Positions 23,835-37,135 of a stretch of DNA of 64,000 nt are shown piece after piece (within the stretch, counting starts at the first letter, position 1; each line of letters starts with the position of its first letter). A program made the position numbers and the translations under genes. The stretch is from Dicyema japonicum (Eukaryota; Animalia; Dicyemida): contig RDEW01000034.1 in assembly GCA_011109175.1 (NCBI GenBank), forward strand, positions 325,481-389,480, written 5' to 3'. A model generated the notes under the pieces. The model saw only the letters and a list, made by a program, of their open reading frames with translations, ran no database searches and was not told the origin of the DNA.

Positions 23835-25268
23835 TAAAACATGAAAGATTTCTAGCAATATTTGGTTAAGATATAGTCATTAGAAAAACTGGTGGAGGTC
23901 TATCGCGGTTCTGATGTCCAAATCGATTGTCGAAGGTGGGTCAGGGGCAAAATTCTAGCTGTTTCTCTTAGAAATTTCTCTTAGGATAGCCGGCGCTCGA
24001 GACTAGTTTCATATGTTAAAGCAAGTGATTAGAGGATTTGTGCTTATGCGGGTGAAACTATTCTCGAACACTAAACGTGTGAGAAGTGTGACTAACCTGA
24101 GTGTATTCATACGTAAAATAAGGGTTCCAAATGGGTCAGTAATGCTCATCATTACTGCGCTGTGGGATGAACCAAACGCCTGGTTAAGGTGCTTAATTAT
24201 ACGCACACATGATGCCATAAAAAGTGTCAGTTGATTATGATAACAGGAAAGTGGCCTTAGGAGTAGGAAGCGTCTAAGGAGTGTGTAATAGCTAACCAGT
24301 TGAATTAATTGGACTTGAAAATGGATGGAGCTGTGGCGTCTGATCTATACCGGGCCGTTGTGGCAATATAAGTGTTACTTGCTAGAGCGTGGAGGTAGCG
24401 CAGAAAGCCATGTGAGTACTGTGGAGTTGCTCCAGTACAGATCTTGGTGTTAGTAGCAATTACTCAAATGGGATCTTTGAGGCCTATGTAGAGAAGGGTT
24501 TTATGTGAACATTAGTTGGACATAGTTAGTGTCCAAAGCATGTTGAAAGTCATTTGAAATAACTGTTTAAGCCAAAGTGCGAAAGGAAATGGGTTAATAT
24601 CCCCGAACCTGAGCTGGCTGTTTATGCGTGACGCTTTTGTCAAAGACGGAAGGCATTCGGGGAAAGTTGTTTTTTCCTTTAAAGGGTCGATTTCTCTAGA
24701 AATGGTTTAGCAAGCTAGAGAGAAGTTGTTGGTCATAGAGACCTTATCCGCAAAGGATAAAAGTTTCTGCCGTGTCCGATGCATGTGAGTCGTTTCATAA
24801 ACTCCTGTAACAGTTTAAAGTCACTTGGGTCGTACCAATAACCGCACAGGTCTCCAAGTTAGCGGCTCTGGTGAATAGATAAACGCTGATAAGGGAAGTC
24901 GGCAAAATAGATCTTTACCTTGTAGAAGGAATGGCTCTATAGGTTGAGCCTATATTCTCTATTTCTGTTGTGATAGCTTGATGTTGCTTGATATAGAGGG
25001 TAAGGCATTAAACAACCAAAGTAAACTCGATAGCCGTTGACGGTTATGACGCGTGTGATTTCCCCAGTGCCCTGAATGTCAGTGTGAAGAGATTCACTTA
25101 AGCACGAGTAAATGGCAGGAGTAACTATGAGTCTCTTAAGGTAGCCAAATACTCTTAATTTAATTGATGACGCGCATGAATGGATGGACGAGATTCCCAC
25201 TGTCCTAATCAGCACTCTAGCGAAACCATATCCGGGGTAACGGCCCAGGAGAATCAGCGGGTAGAGTC
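23835..25268 (+). rRNA. 28S: 28S (LSU) rRNA gene fragment, highly diverged and probably a pseudogene
   Basis: Colinear conserved LSU blocks: ctggtggaggtc, aggatagc, aaggagtgtgtaa, gaaaatggatgg, cagatcttggtg-tagtagcaa, gagaagggtt, aggtctccaag, taagggaagtcggcaa, gagtaactatga-tctcttaaggtagccaaat, gacgcgcatgaatggat, gagattcccactgtcc, gaatcagcggg. About 16 nt of a conserved block is missing near 23955. Confidence 0.93.
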
Positions 25269-25989
25269 TTTTTATGGCCATGGAACAAATTTATAACTTC
25301 TTAGTTCCTTACTGCAGTTGTGACTCAAAAATACTTATGAGGTCCACGTGATGATTTTCGTAGGTTCCGCCAGGAATGAGGAATAACACGGTGCTGTGTA
25401 TCAGCTCTTTTCCACGTGGTTATATCTCACACATAAAACCCCCTCGTTCGTTTGCCATTTTAGCCTTGATAACCTTGCACACTGTTCTCCGAGAAAGACA
25501 GAGATTTATTCCTTAGGGATGGGACACATTCTGCGAATTCTTATATTCTGACTTTAAAATTAGCTGTGATGTTGTTGAACGAACGACCTGTTTTGCTTAG
25601 GGTCGCTGTTTTTTACATTTTCAGATTCTGGTAATGTTCTGTGTGAGTTTATTCACAGAAAATTAGTTGTCGTTTACGGAGGTAGAATTGACAATTTGTT
25701 AGACTTGAAGATATTGAAACATTGTATTCTAACATATTATGACCCATGTGTCCTCTCTTCTCGTGGAGACAAAAATTGGGTACTCTAATGATTAAGAACC
25801 AATGCTCCTTTTCGGTTATGCTCTATTAGTATTATAATTAAGGAATTAGTTAAAGCTATAGACAATTAACCCGACGTTGAAACTCCTCAAATCCTGGTTT
25901 GGCCGAAAACGTGGATAAAGTCATGCAGAACTTTAAAAACACGGAAGATATTGAACTAAATAGACATCTGTATTGCATATCTAATGTTT

Positions 25990-26230
25990 CCTAAGTATTA
26001 CAGGTTAAAAACAGGGGTATAGATCCCCAATATTTTGCTCGAAAGTAATCTCCCTAGTTCAACTTATTATGCGAAAGGATAACAGTGACTCTCATTACTC
26101 CGACATGAATCTCAGAAACATCATAAAAACCCTGGAACACGAAGATCCTTTTGGGTTTACACGTACAATTTATATCTCTAATATGAAACAACGAACATCC
26201 ATGAGGCAAATTGAGATGTTCTCCTTGTAA
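25990..26230 (+). mobile_element. LINE RT C-terminal remnant
   Basis: STVTLITP and KILGFT-like pieces across frameshifts, similar to 16500-16650. Confidence 0.4.
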
Positions 26231-26884
26231 TAGTAGTACCCTCTTTATATTTTATTTAAATACAACCATGAAGCACCAGGAAAAATGGTAACAGTAACCG
26301 TTCTAGTGATGCGATCCAGGTTCCTCTTATCGCCCTTGCTATTTCCATCCTGTGTTCATCGATGGACCGAACCAAGGCGGATGTATCTCTGCTTGTGTCT
26401 ATACAGGAGGTAGATGGACGGAATGGATAGCTGGGTTCAAATTTTATGTGATACGAAATTTTGGGGTAACTTTGCCAAATCAAATTTACATCCAAGAAGG
26501 ACAAAAGCTGTAGTTAGGATGCCATGCATAAAACAATACTATTTATTCTGCGTCCTAAATTCCCATAATGGAGACTTGTCATTATTTATTTATTACCGCG
26601 TTCGAGGCGACACACTAAACATTTTTTAACAAAATTTATTCCAAAGACCAAGGGTAACCAAACTAACTAACACCTTAATCCTTGATTTTTTTAATTATAA
26701 TTTTTATTTATTTATTATTTATTATCCTCAGTTTCGCCCCGATGGCACTTGGAATTCCATTTATCGACTCAAAATAAGATCAACGGAACACAGGATAAAG
26801 TACGACACTTGGGAACTCCCTTTCCTAAAAAATGAAGAACATTTAGGTTTTCCATAAGCATTCTCTNTCGAATGTCGATACTGC

Positions 26885-27145
26885 ACATGTCGGTTGAAGG
26901 TTCCACGCATCAATATGCTTTGGCTTGACGAGTGACGCCTTTATCAGTGAACTTCATTGCGGATCCATATCGTCTATAAAGGACATACACCCAAGAAAAA
27001 GAAAAAAAACTGAAGAGCACTCCTTGATCCTTCATCGATTGCTATTATAACTGTTCTTTGCTTAAAATGAAGTGTGTGTTCTGCCCGTGGGGAGCGATAG
27101 CTGTTATGGCTCCTCCGAAAGTGCGAATATTATTTATTATTATGT
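26885..27145 (+). mobile_element. SINE family A, copy lacking the tRNA head
   Basis: ggttgaaggttccacgcatc...tgacgagtgacgcc...caagaaaaagaaaaaaaa...aactgttcttt-cttaaa-aagtgtgtgt...atggctc aligns with 15850-16100. Confidence 0.85.
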
Positions 27146-27239
27146 CGAGAGTGGTTTCCTGGCGAGCTGAGTTGATTCCAGAAGTCGTCGACAGAGACCG
27201 AAAATTCTCCCTGTGGAATGAATAGATAGACCTTTTTAA

Positions 27240-27372
27240 ATACCGGCCAGACATTCGGCGTCTTCAGACATTTAATGGATTGTGAACTGAATTTTTTTGG
27301 TTTTATTCATAAACTATTAAGTCTTCTAAAAGACCTCGATTTGTCTAGAGTGGTTAAGTATATGACACATTC
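27240..27372. repeat. Dispersed repeat (about 120 bp), copy 1
   Basis: ttcagacatttaatggattgtgaactgaatt...ggttaagtatatgacac shared with 43325-43442; short related piece near 43004-43022. Confidence 0.85.
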
Positions 27373-27689
27373 TTATATAATTTTTTGGAGCAACAAAAAA
27401 ATAAATACACCTATTCAACTTTTGGACCCTAAGACAACTTTTTAACGACGTCTTCTCCAGAAGAATCGAATGAAATCATTTTGTTAAATTTCATGATTTT
27501 TTATATATGAAAATTACTTTATATATTGTCACCCCTCGTACGTTGAGCTCCATCTATTTTTACACATTTTTCATTACTCTATTTTCTTTATTCAAATATG
27601 CCAATTTCTTCAATGGGATTCGATGGTTTCTATTGCTATTATTATATTACTTAACTTTATTTAACCAACAATAACAATTTAATATTTAA

Positions 27690-28035
27690 TAATCAACAAC
27701 TTTCTCGCCTGTCTGTTTGCCAGCCTCCTCAGGCAGGTTCGATTCTGGTTGAAACAACTCCAAGAGCGCTTTGTACAATTGTACCCTCTATTCATATGGG
27801 ATATCCGGGCAACGCCTTTAACACTCCTGTGCCAGGCTCTCTATGGTCCGCTTTAATACAGTGGACTGTATTTAGGCCTGGAGCTTCCTATCTACTTTTA
27901 ACTGCTTCAGACCAGAGCCTTATCGTGTACCACTATGTACGGACAACATTACGGACAACATTGTCTATCTTAATTTGAACCCTGGTGTTCTCTACTACTG
28001 ATTGCACCTTATGTGTCAGCAACTTTGGTGTGGCG
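27690..28035 (-). mobile_element. R4/Dong-like REL retrotransposon 3' end
   Basis: Reverse complement aligns with 52940-53260 (…gataggaagctccagg…gagagcctg…accagaatcgaac…cctgaggaggctggcaaacag); HKVQSVVENTRVQIKID upstream. Confidence 0.7.
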
Positions 28036-28170
28036 AATTTGGAAATTACCTGAACCTCTTAGTGGGGCACTTAATTTTTTTTAATTTATATAAAGTCTTG
28101 CAATTAATATTTAATTTAATTATATAAAATTTTCTTAAACTTCGCGTGCTAGATTTGCGTTTTTGTTGTG

Positions 28171-29202
28171 ATGGTGAGGAAGCTTACTCTGGAGTTAAAG
28201 CTTAAAATTGCCCAAGAAATCAACAAAAATTGTCTCATGAGCGAACGAGATATTGTCAAAAAGTATAAAATTAGTAAAGGTTATCTGGAAATTCTATTGT
28301 TTAGGAGCAGTATCTAGAATCAAACAAAATTATATGAACTTTATAAATAATGGGTCCGTACAATCAAAAGATTGTTTTGGAATTAAAAGGAGTAAAGAAA
28401 AAATCACTATTCTTTTGTCGGTCAGTGCTTGTGGCGAAAAATTGAACCATTATTAATAGAAAAATATAAATCTCCACTTTGTATGAAAAATTTTAACCCT
28501 GAAGAGCACGGAGTATTATATTCGTTTTCTAAAAATTGTTGGATGACATCTGATATATTTATTACTTGGTTCAACATTGTCAACGAAGAAATGATTCAAC
28601 ACAACCGAAAAATTGTCCTTTTGCTTGACAATGCAAGTAGTCACAAGACAAATAAATTTCTAACATTGAGCTATTTTTTCTGCCAAAATGCAACATCATT
28701 AATTCAACCCTTAGATATGGGAGTTATTAAATCGTTCAAATCCAATTATTTAAATAATTTGATGGATTTTACCCTATCTTTTGAGGATGATAAGTTTACA
28801 ATGTTTAATTTAAAGCAAGTAAATCTCAGACAAATAATCATTATTGTTGAAAAGACATGGCAACAAATACACTCTGAATCAATTACTAATTGTTGGAAGA
28901 AAATTGATGAATGTCGTTTTCAAACTCTCTCATTGGTGAATAATTTTTTAGATAACATAATTAAAGGTATAATTACTGAAAATGTAGTTGAAAATGATGA
29001 CGATAATATATACGACGGAGTAAAATGTACATATTCTCATTTGGAAACAATAACAGCGATGAATACACTTGAAGAGAACATTTTCAATTTGTTCCCTGAA
29101 GCTTTGAAAGATTATTATAATTTCAGAAAAATATTAGGAATGCAAATGAAAAAATCCGCACCCGGAGGGAAATTAACAGACTATTTTCCTATCGTTAAAT
29201 AA
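28171..29202 (+). mobile_element. pogo/Tigger-type DDE_1 transposase, internally deleted, with a 25-nt intron
   Basis: ATG 28171. Splicing 28280-28304 gives ERDIVKKYKISKGAVSRIKQN (CENP-B/psq-type HTH); then KRSKEKITILL, WMTSDIFITWF, IVLLLDNASSH, SLIQPLDMGVIKSFKSNY; frameshift near 28445. Confidence 0.88.
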
Positions 29203-30719
29203 ATATGTTTTTAATATAATTCTGAAAAATCTAAAAAAAACATTATTTATCTATAAATTTAATAAAAAGCAAATTTAAATTGTTAAACTGTGGATAAATC
29301 TAAAGAAAATGCCGAACCTCCATTTTTGGGGAAACCTCTGTTTTTGGGGCATTTTTTTAAATAGTATACTAGCAATACTAATTGCAAGACTATATGAACA
29401 GAATCATACGATGGTTGTTTCTCAGTTCCATTTTAGACAAGCCATCTCTGCTCTTGTCTTCATTTGATGTTTGAATCCACCAGATATACCTGACAGGTCT
29501 CTAAAAACGTTTTTTTGGTAATCATTTCCTTATAGCCGCCGGTTTCCTTTACTTGAATGGACATAAGTAAATAAATAAGAGAAACCACCCGTCAAATCAT
29601 TGATTTTTTTACCTAAAAAATTAAAATCAATTTGATTTATTTTTCTGTTTAAAAATAATTCACCTTATGCTTTAGAACATTAGCAGTGTTCAAGAGCTTC
29701 TTGCAGGTGTCCTCAATAAGTAGACTAATTCTTGGTAGTTTATTACGTTTCTCAGAATTAGAACACTATAAATGCAGTTTTTGACAAAATCACTATTACC
29801 TTTATTCGTCAGCGCTTTACGATTTTTTGGTAAGGGAAATTATACACTCACTCTTAATTGACCTTGACGTAGGGCATCTAATGGAGTTAAGAGTTATGAT
29901 TTACTAAATATTTCCTATTCCCCCATTTCTTGATCTGCAACGAGCCTTGACAATATTACTTGTTGGAATTTCTCTTAAAGCTCATGGAATCGTATGTCTA
30001 AATAAGCAGTGATATGTGTTTCCTGGAACCTCTTACCTCGCGATGAATTTACCGGTTGCCGTCTCGAACACATTTGAGACGATGAGAAACGGCCCCCAAG
30101 CGCAAAATATTTATCCAGCTTTCTCTGTTTGGCAGAGTAAGTGGCCGGAGAATCCAAGTTTTATTGGGTACTTTATTTGTCAGGAAAAAAGGCAATCATC
30201 TTCCAAAATATATTCAGCCTGAATCCTTACAAGAATTAATCAAAAACAGAAGAATCAGAAAGAAGGGAACTACAATTCTCATTATTTCTTAAACATCAGT
30301 CAATTCAACAAATAATGGAATATTATATGCTCGTACTGATATATCGGTCGATCGCATCAGAAAACGTAGAGTCAACTTTGCATCCACATATACAAAATAC
30401 AAAGTAATCCAAAAAAACAAATAAAAAGACTAATAAATCGAAAAAATCCAAATTTACTCTTCCGTCAAAAAAGCCCGCTTAAATATTTTCTCAATGTTAA
30501 GGTCATCGTACGGTTCTAAATGTGTTAATATCAACAAATCTTTGCGTGTTAACGAAGGCCATAATTGTCCCCTCCCATTTAATATTTTTTATTTAAATAA
30601 AATGTCTACGAAATGTTCGGGACAACAACATCATTGATGCCAACCATAAATTAGACATTTTGTGACAACTTGAGAGAAATCGGATTTTTAAATTCCGCAG
30701 TTGTATAGGGAATCAGATT

Positions 30720-30830
30720 TCTACACGCACGGGATATCTCCGTCAGCGCTGCTGGCTATTTGAGCGAATCTCGCTCGCCATCTTGAGAGGAAATAGGCAC
30801 GCATTCAGGACAGCTATTGTGTGATCTTCG
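30720..30830 (+). mobile_element. CRE-like retrotransposon 3' end fragment
   Basis: RQRCWLFERISLAILRGNRHAF. Confidence 0.75.
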
Positions 30831-30876
30831 GTTTTAGGAAATCGTATTTATTTATTTAAAAGCTTGTAAACAACAT

Positions 30877-31610
30877 CTATGTATCAATATTCGATCTGTG
30901 TTCCTCACAAATTCTCAAAATTATAGACCAATTATCAAGATAAGATTGAAGACAGTCTGATAAAGTGTTCCAGCGAACATCAATCGGAAAAATAAGTTTT
31001 TTTTCTCCAGCATATTTGTACCATGCCGCTGGAGGATGGACGCATCGAAAGTATTTATTTTTTCTTCCGATGGTTTCTTCGACATCCTTTGAGAAAAGGC
31101 TGAGATAATGTGCCGAATAACCATATGTAATAATTTCATCGTCATCTTGCATCATTATCCGCTTCATTTTAGTCATGTTGGCGGCATTGTCCGTTACAAG
31201 ACTCCCGATTTTACATCTAACCGTGGCTCGGCGAACTTTGCAGAGGCTAAAGCAACAGACTGAAGATACTCTGCGGTGTGGCTATATCCAGAAATGTTCA
31301 CAGTGTCAATTAGATAGATTTCTCCATCCGATGTTACAACTGACACAAATAACAGGTTCATTATGAATGTTCCAACATCATAGACACTGGCTTGTCTTGG
31401 AGCCTTTGCCGACAGTCTTCATGTATTTGGTCGTACACACGATCGAGCAATGGAACACCAATTTGATGACGAGAAAGTAAACGATACACAGGAAGAAGCA
31501 TTTGGACGAATTTGACGAATTCAGGATGTTCTGCAGCAGCAAAAGGAGTATTACTCGAATATTTGTATCTAGCTGGTCCTTCATCCTTGGGAGGAATTCG
31601 CTGATCAAAT
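30877..31610 (-). mobile_element. hAT transposase remnant
   Basis: VSMML...NEPVICVS; SLVTDNAANMTKM (catalytic D); YSAHYLSL (cf. CxAHxLNL); DVRWNT. Confidence 0.75.
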
Positions 31611-32529
31611 CACTTTCAGGTTTCTACGGATTTTCATGAATTTCAATATTACTTCGACATAACAAATGATGTTGCCTCATCCAGATACGAGACCTTGTAC
31701 TTCCTTTCTGTAATTCGGCATCTGGCTTCACTCCCGGTCTCTCCATGAAGGTTTGTTAACTAAACCTTATTGCTGAGAAGACGAGAACAAGTAAGATGGA
31801 TGCAAAGTCACATCTTTTTGGGAATTGTGATTTTGAAGTTCACCTACCCCATCGGCTTTATTAAGCCTATTTATATCCCCCAACATAAAAACGAGTACTT
31901 CAACCAGCTAACTTATAAGGTATGATGTTGTTATCCTGCTACTATGTAGATAATATTGTCAAACAGTCACTTAACTAGACAAAAAAATGCTGCAAACTCG
32001 ATTCTTATGGGTTTCTCAACTACGGCTTGTAGTTCCCTCAACCTAGTCTTTTACAAACTGCCATCCTTGGCTGCTGTCCTCGATGTGCAGTTATACAATA
32101 AAGGCTGGGGGAAGTTCAAAACTCTTGAGCTCTCAGAGTATCCCCGGACTCAAATCTTGACTGACATGCACTCCCTGCTTTTCTTTCTTCTTTTGCTTCA
32201 CGTGTTGGCTTGTTGTTGGAGATTTTTCTCAACACTTCGAGATCTCCCTTCGAAAAGGCTTTCTCAGAAGCCCAAGCAGCATGGGAAGGGTCGGCTTGTT
32301 GTTCCCCAGTAGACGATTTTCCTTATAGCTCTTGAGACAAAATAGGTCTCGCCTCACACTATTTGAAGCTTATCAAAAACCTCAACCAACACCGCCTCGC
32401 TTGCTTTCATTCCACATGCATAGAAAATAATGGTTGTTTGTTAATGCCTCTCTGCCGTCGAGACTTCGCTCAATATAATTAAAAATTTTTAATTATATTT
32501 CAAAAATTTCATTAATTTTAAAATTAATT

Positions 32530-33030
32530 TATTTGTTATATCCCTGAAACATTGGGTTTGTCTAAACGGGCAGTGGAGTCTATTGACAGTTTCGACCGCA
32601 GTATGCTTCGGAAGGCACTTAATATTCACTACAAAATGAAGATCAAAAACGAACAATTATATAAGTTGAGCAAAACAGAACCATTATCCATGGAAATCAG
32701 AAGATCGAGATGGAGACTGTTCGGTCACATTCTGAGGATGGACCTGGATGTCCTGGCAAATCACGTAATAGATGAATATTTTTCATGGAAAAAACAAAAT
32801 CATTCCGTGGAAGGCCTAGAACAACCTTACCTATCACGTTAAATGAGAACCTAAAAGCCATAGGCAGGGAGTTGAAAACAATGGATGACCTCGATGAACT
32901 AAGAGAAATTGCGAAACGGAGAGGCCTTTGGATGCGATTGGTGCAAAGGGTGGCCGGCGCGGCACAAGGGAACCTTAATTGACTTTTGTTTTTTTGTGTT
33001 CTCGGCAGTGCTGATAATAATAATAATATC
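32530..33030 (+). mobile_element. RTE-clade LINE 3' end with (TAA)n tail
   Basis: IDSFDRSMLRKALNI...RWRLFGHILRMD; after an A-run frameshift, FRGRPRTTLPITLN...W; ends gcagtgctgataataataataat. Confidence 0.88.
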
Positions 33031-33639
33031 CCTGAAATATGTAAGAAGTCCCTAATCAATCCTAGGTGGTAATGTTGCAGTTTAATGGGCTATATTTTTT
33101 CGAGAAAATAAGAAATAATAAAATAAATAATTATATTATTAATTATATCAGCATATTTAGAGTAACTTTCTTTTATTTAATTGAATAAATTTGAATCACA
33201 TGGTGCGAGCTGGTAGCAAGAGCATAATTCAACAAGAAGAAATAATGAGTCGTGCTGCCATTCAAGCCGAACGACTCTCCCTGTTGAGGCTTCTGATAGG
33301 TACACAGAGTCTGGTGGAATGCATAAAGTGGCTATGACGGTGTTTTTTGGTTAAATGAATTTAAATATTAGTAATATCCATAAAATATGTCTTCAGACTC
33401 TTAGAGTAAAGTCGACGAGCATTAGACTTAAAAGTCGAAAATACTGAAAATACGACCTCATCAAAATTTAACAGCAAAAAAAATTTGGTAACAATTCGTG
33501 AAACAGTAGTTCATGGAAGATTCAGCATTCGTTTAACAAATGCCTTCCAATGCTTCTCGTGGAGGCCTTACTTTAATGAAAAAACTCAAATTGTAAATTA
33601 TAATGTTGCTATTTTGTACTAGCAATTAGCTGATGGATT

Positions 33640-34300
33640 CTCGCACTTGTTTCAAAAAGCGATATTTAGAAAAACAATAAAAAATCTATTACTGAAGAAA
33701 GACGCTATTTTGAAAGATTCTAAAAAATATTAGCCGTCTTTTAAAGCTGCTCCAAAGCTTTCATAGCTTGAACAGAAGTTGGTAGAATTGATGTAGGTAG
33801 AAGAATCAAAAGGTATTTATTGAAAAATCAATTTCCTTGGTGGTTTTTGAATGATGCCTTAATATCTCAAGGCAGCATTTTTTTGTAAATGAGTTAAAAC
33901 TTTATAATTTCTATAATTTTAATGGGTTTTGGATAAAATCAAAAGACAAGAAGTCAGAATGCTCAAGTTACATGGAGAAATGCAAAAAAGATAAATTAGT
34001 CGACATTGAAGCCTTTCCTGAAGACTTTAAAGAAATTCCAAAAACAAATAAACCCGACCAAATCGATGATCTGGAATCCAGATTTGAGACGAATTGGATT
34101 ATACAATAAGCTCATCGAAAAGTTTCTGCAGGAACCGATCCCAAGGTTACAAAAAATTTAAAGAGCGTGTCTTTATTATGCTTTGTTCAAACAAGGCCGG
34201 AAAGCATAAGTTGAGACCAGTGATAATCGCAAGACCAAAAATGCATCAATGTATTCGAAATACGAAGCAAGCATTTTTGAAGCAAAGTAAAAAACAGTTA
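33640..34300 (+). mobile_element. Second pogo/Tigger-type transposase remnant
   Basis: TIKNLLLKKDAILK, LEQKLV, KLHGE, KPDQI, GYKKFKERVFIMLCSNKAGKHKLRPVII. Confidence 0.7.
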
Positions 34301-37135
34301 GGAATTAATTTTTTTAATAAAACTTAAATATGTTTTTTGTTCATTTAAGGGATTTTATTATAAATTCTATGTTCATTGTTTTTCAAAATTATTGATTTTA
34401 TTTATTTCAAATTGGCTATTTTTCATAAAATTCTAAAAAGCAAAAATGGCCAATTTGTAAGTCGAGTTTACTTGTATGGTCACAACCACTTCTGTTCGAT
34501 TATCAACTCACTCAACACATCAGAAATGCACCTTCTGTGCAGTGTTTCCATTCAAATTTATCACTTCCCATATTGAATGAATGAAAAATTCCATAGACCA
34601 ATGTAACACCAAACTAACTACTCACGTGATCCCGGCACGATCAAACAGAAACCTTCACTTGGCACGATTTTCTTATCTTGAGCCCATACAACCATGTCTC
34701 AACTGTACAACTGATCCTCATAAATCGTACTTACGGTAAGTGCAATGGCCGAAGAGCCTTCTGTATTTTTCCATTTACCCTTTTCAGTTTTTTTTCTGGT
34801 GGAAGAACTCTAGCACGCTCTTGATTATTTAGTAGGAAAGTTAAGTATAAATATCGAATATGCATGTGCTTCCTCGAAGTTCGGACTCTGTGTCGATGTT
34901 TGAGAAAAGTACACGAGCAGACAACTCATTTAACGTCGTCGAACGGATCATGCCCTATGCAGTGTCATGTGGGAGTCGACAATACGAAGGGACAATTGTA
35001 GATTTTGCTCGTTTTTTCAAGCACCAGGTAATTCCCTATGTTCGTCCGAGTTTTCCTTTCTCAGAGATCTGTTCCCATTGACATCCTGTTTAGGCACAAG
35101 CACATACACCTCAAAATACATTGGGGTCCCTCGATGAGCAGAAGGATGAAAATGGAAAGGGGGATTAGGGGAACCAGAATTACCTAAGCAGTTCAGATGC
35201 TATTAGTTTCTTTCTTATTGCTTCTACCGTACTAATACCTGACTTTATCGTTGAGTGAGATAACTAGGAATGCTCTTTACTTCTCTTTATCTTTTTGTTT
35301 CGTGCGAGTCTTCTATAGACGATTTGGTTCCGCTATGAAATATTCGCTGATTACCAAACTGATCTTCTTGTATATAGAATTGATATGTGCTCTCATGTTG
35401 GTGGTCAAATCCTCTGCTTTAATGATGTGAGTATATATTTTCAATTTTTAGAAATTTTGGAGTTGAGTAGTTTGTATAAGATTATCAGAACAGCCTCCTT
35501 TACTACCAATATCTATGATGAGCTAATGTCTCCCCTAACACTGTGTTCCAATATCTGAGTGTTGGCACTCAAAGTATTCAACATCCGATGAATATGATGA
35601 CATCCTTTATAAGTTGTAGGACACGTTAGAACTTGCTATTGATGTGACCAATTCGATTTTCTCAAACAGATATCAAATTTTTTTATCAGGTCCAACTACT
35701 CTACTATTTGGACGAATTTAGTGAATTGAATTACTCCCAGTTGTCACAAGTTATTAATAGAATGGCACAAAATGAGATTGAGGACTTACCGGACTGCATA
35801 CCCGCGTGTGACATTATTTATTTGGCTCAGGTATTCTATATATTCAAATTACGTGGGTTTCTGCTAGAATTCCTTGTTCTATGGAGAATCAGAAATACTT
35901 GTCTCTGCCAGAGGACTTTAAATTTAGTAACCATTTTACTAATTCAGTTCGAGGCTTAGACAGAGGCCCATTACAAGTCACCAAGGACGCGAACATTGTA
36001 CCAAGTCTATGGAGACATCCAGTTCATAATATGTGACGATGAATATGATATTCTAGTGAACCTGCAGACCATATGTTCAATAATCTACACTCCCTTATGC
36101 GAACCTTCTTCTACCAGAGTTGGACTGGTAGATGGCTTGGTGACCCTAGCATATTTGCCTTGACTGATGTATCTCAGAAGAATAAGTACTGCCGACCCAT
36201 CATATGTAGTCCTACTGTTTCTCCAAGGTTTGTAATACGTGGTGGAAGGTTGTCTTACACTCACTAGACATCCCCTATTCGAACTAACAAATTTTATATT
36301 GACAACCATTTCTGTACATATGGCCTCCATTGGATGCTTTTGCCGGCTGAGTACATAGAGTTCCAACCTTTTGACTCAATCCACGTGCCATGTTTTCATT
36401 CCAGATCTATCAAAGCCTTACTGCCTGTTTATGACATCGCTAATCTAGTCCTCTGATATAAGCATTATAGTTGTCACGGATACTTAATCACTGTGGGAGA
36501 TTCAACTCTGTAGTGATTGAGAGTGAAACTGATTACGCGAGTACTGTAACGCATTTGGTAGGAGCTATCCGTTACGACCTCCTTCTGATTCATACTATTA
36601 ATGACCTACCATCACTGCAGGTCGATATTCCTACATTTTAAAGCCTCCTCTGCTGTTGCATTCAAGGTAATATGGATAATCATTACTAACAAGTCATGTC
36701 TAGTAAAGGATGAGGAACTTGTGCATCTCCACCAAGTTATTGACGGATTTTGTACTGACTCAAGGGCATTTGATGTGATCATCCTAATGAACTTCCAGAT
36801 GTTATAATGCCTTCAGAGGAGGTAGGAGTGGAAGTGACCAAATTTATCACATGGTTAAAGAAATAATTTGTTACTGCCATTTAATGAGAGTGAAGCTTGA
36901 TTTGACTGTAACAAATCAATGTAGTGATATTATAGTTATTATTAGGGCAATTTAAGTGCTATAATGGCAGAATTTTTTTTATTTTATTTTATTATTAAAA
37001 TAAGATAAAAGTAAATTTTGTCATGTTTTATTCATTAAAAATCTAATTTTTTAAATTTAAATTTTGTTTGAGTGCGTCATGTGATTCACCATCTCAAATT
37101 TTCGATGTGGTTCACCTTCACTTGGAGAAAATTGG

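Noticed and set aside
25120-25180. R2 retrotransposon insertion in 28S
   Set aside because: The target site ttaagg/tagccaaat is uninterrupted.
27009-27135. Hammerhead ribozyme in SINE A (ctgaaga-gcact...agtgc-gaat)
   Set aside because: It would need a roughly 100-nt loop II, has GAAT instead of GAAA, and the motif is not conserved in the 15783 copy.
36085-36420. Axonemal dynein fragment suggested by WRPYVQKW on the - strand
   Set aside because: The expected upstream SRCGMVY motif and other AAA2 features are absent; a single short match is insufficient.
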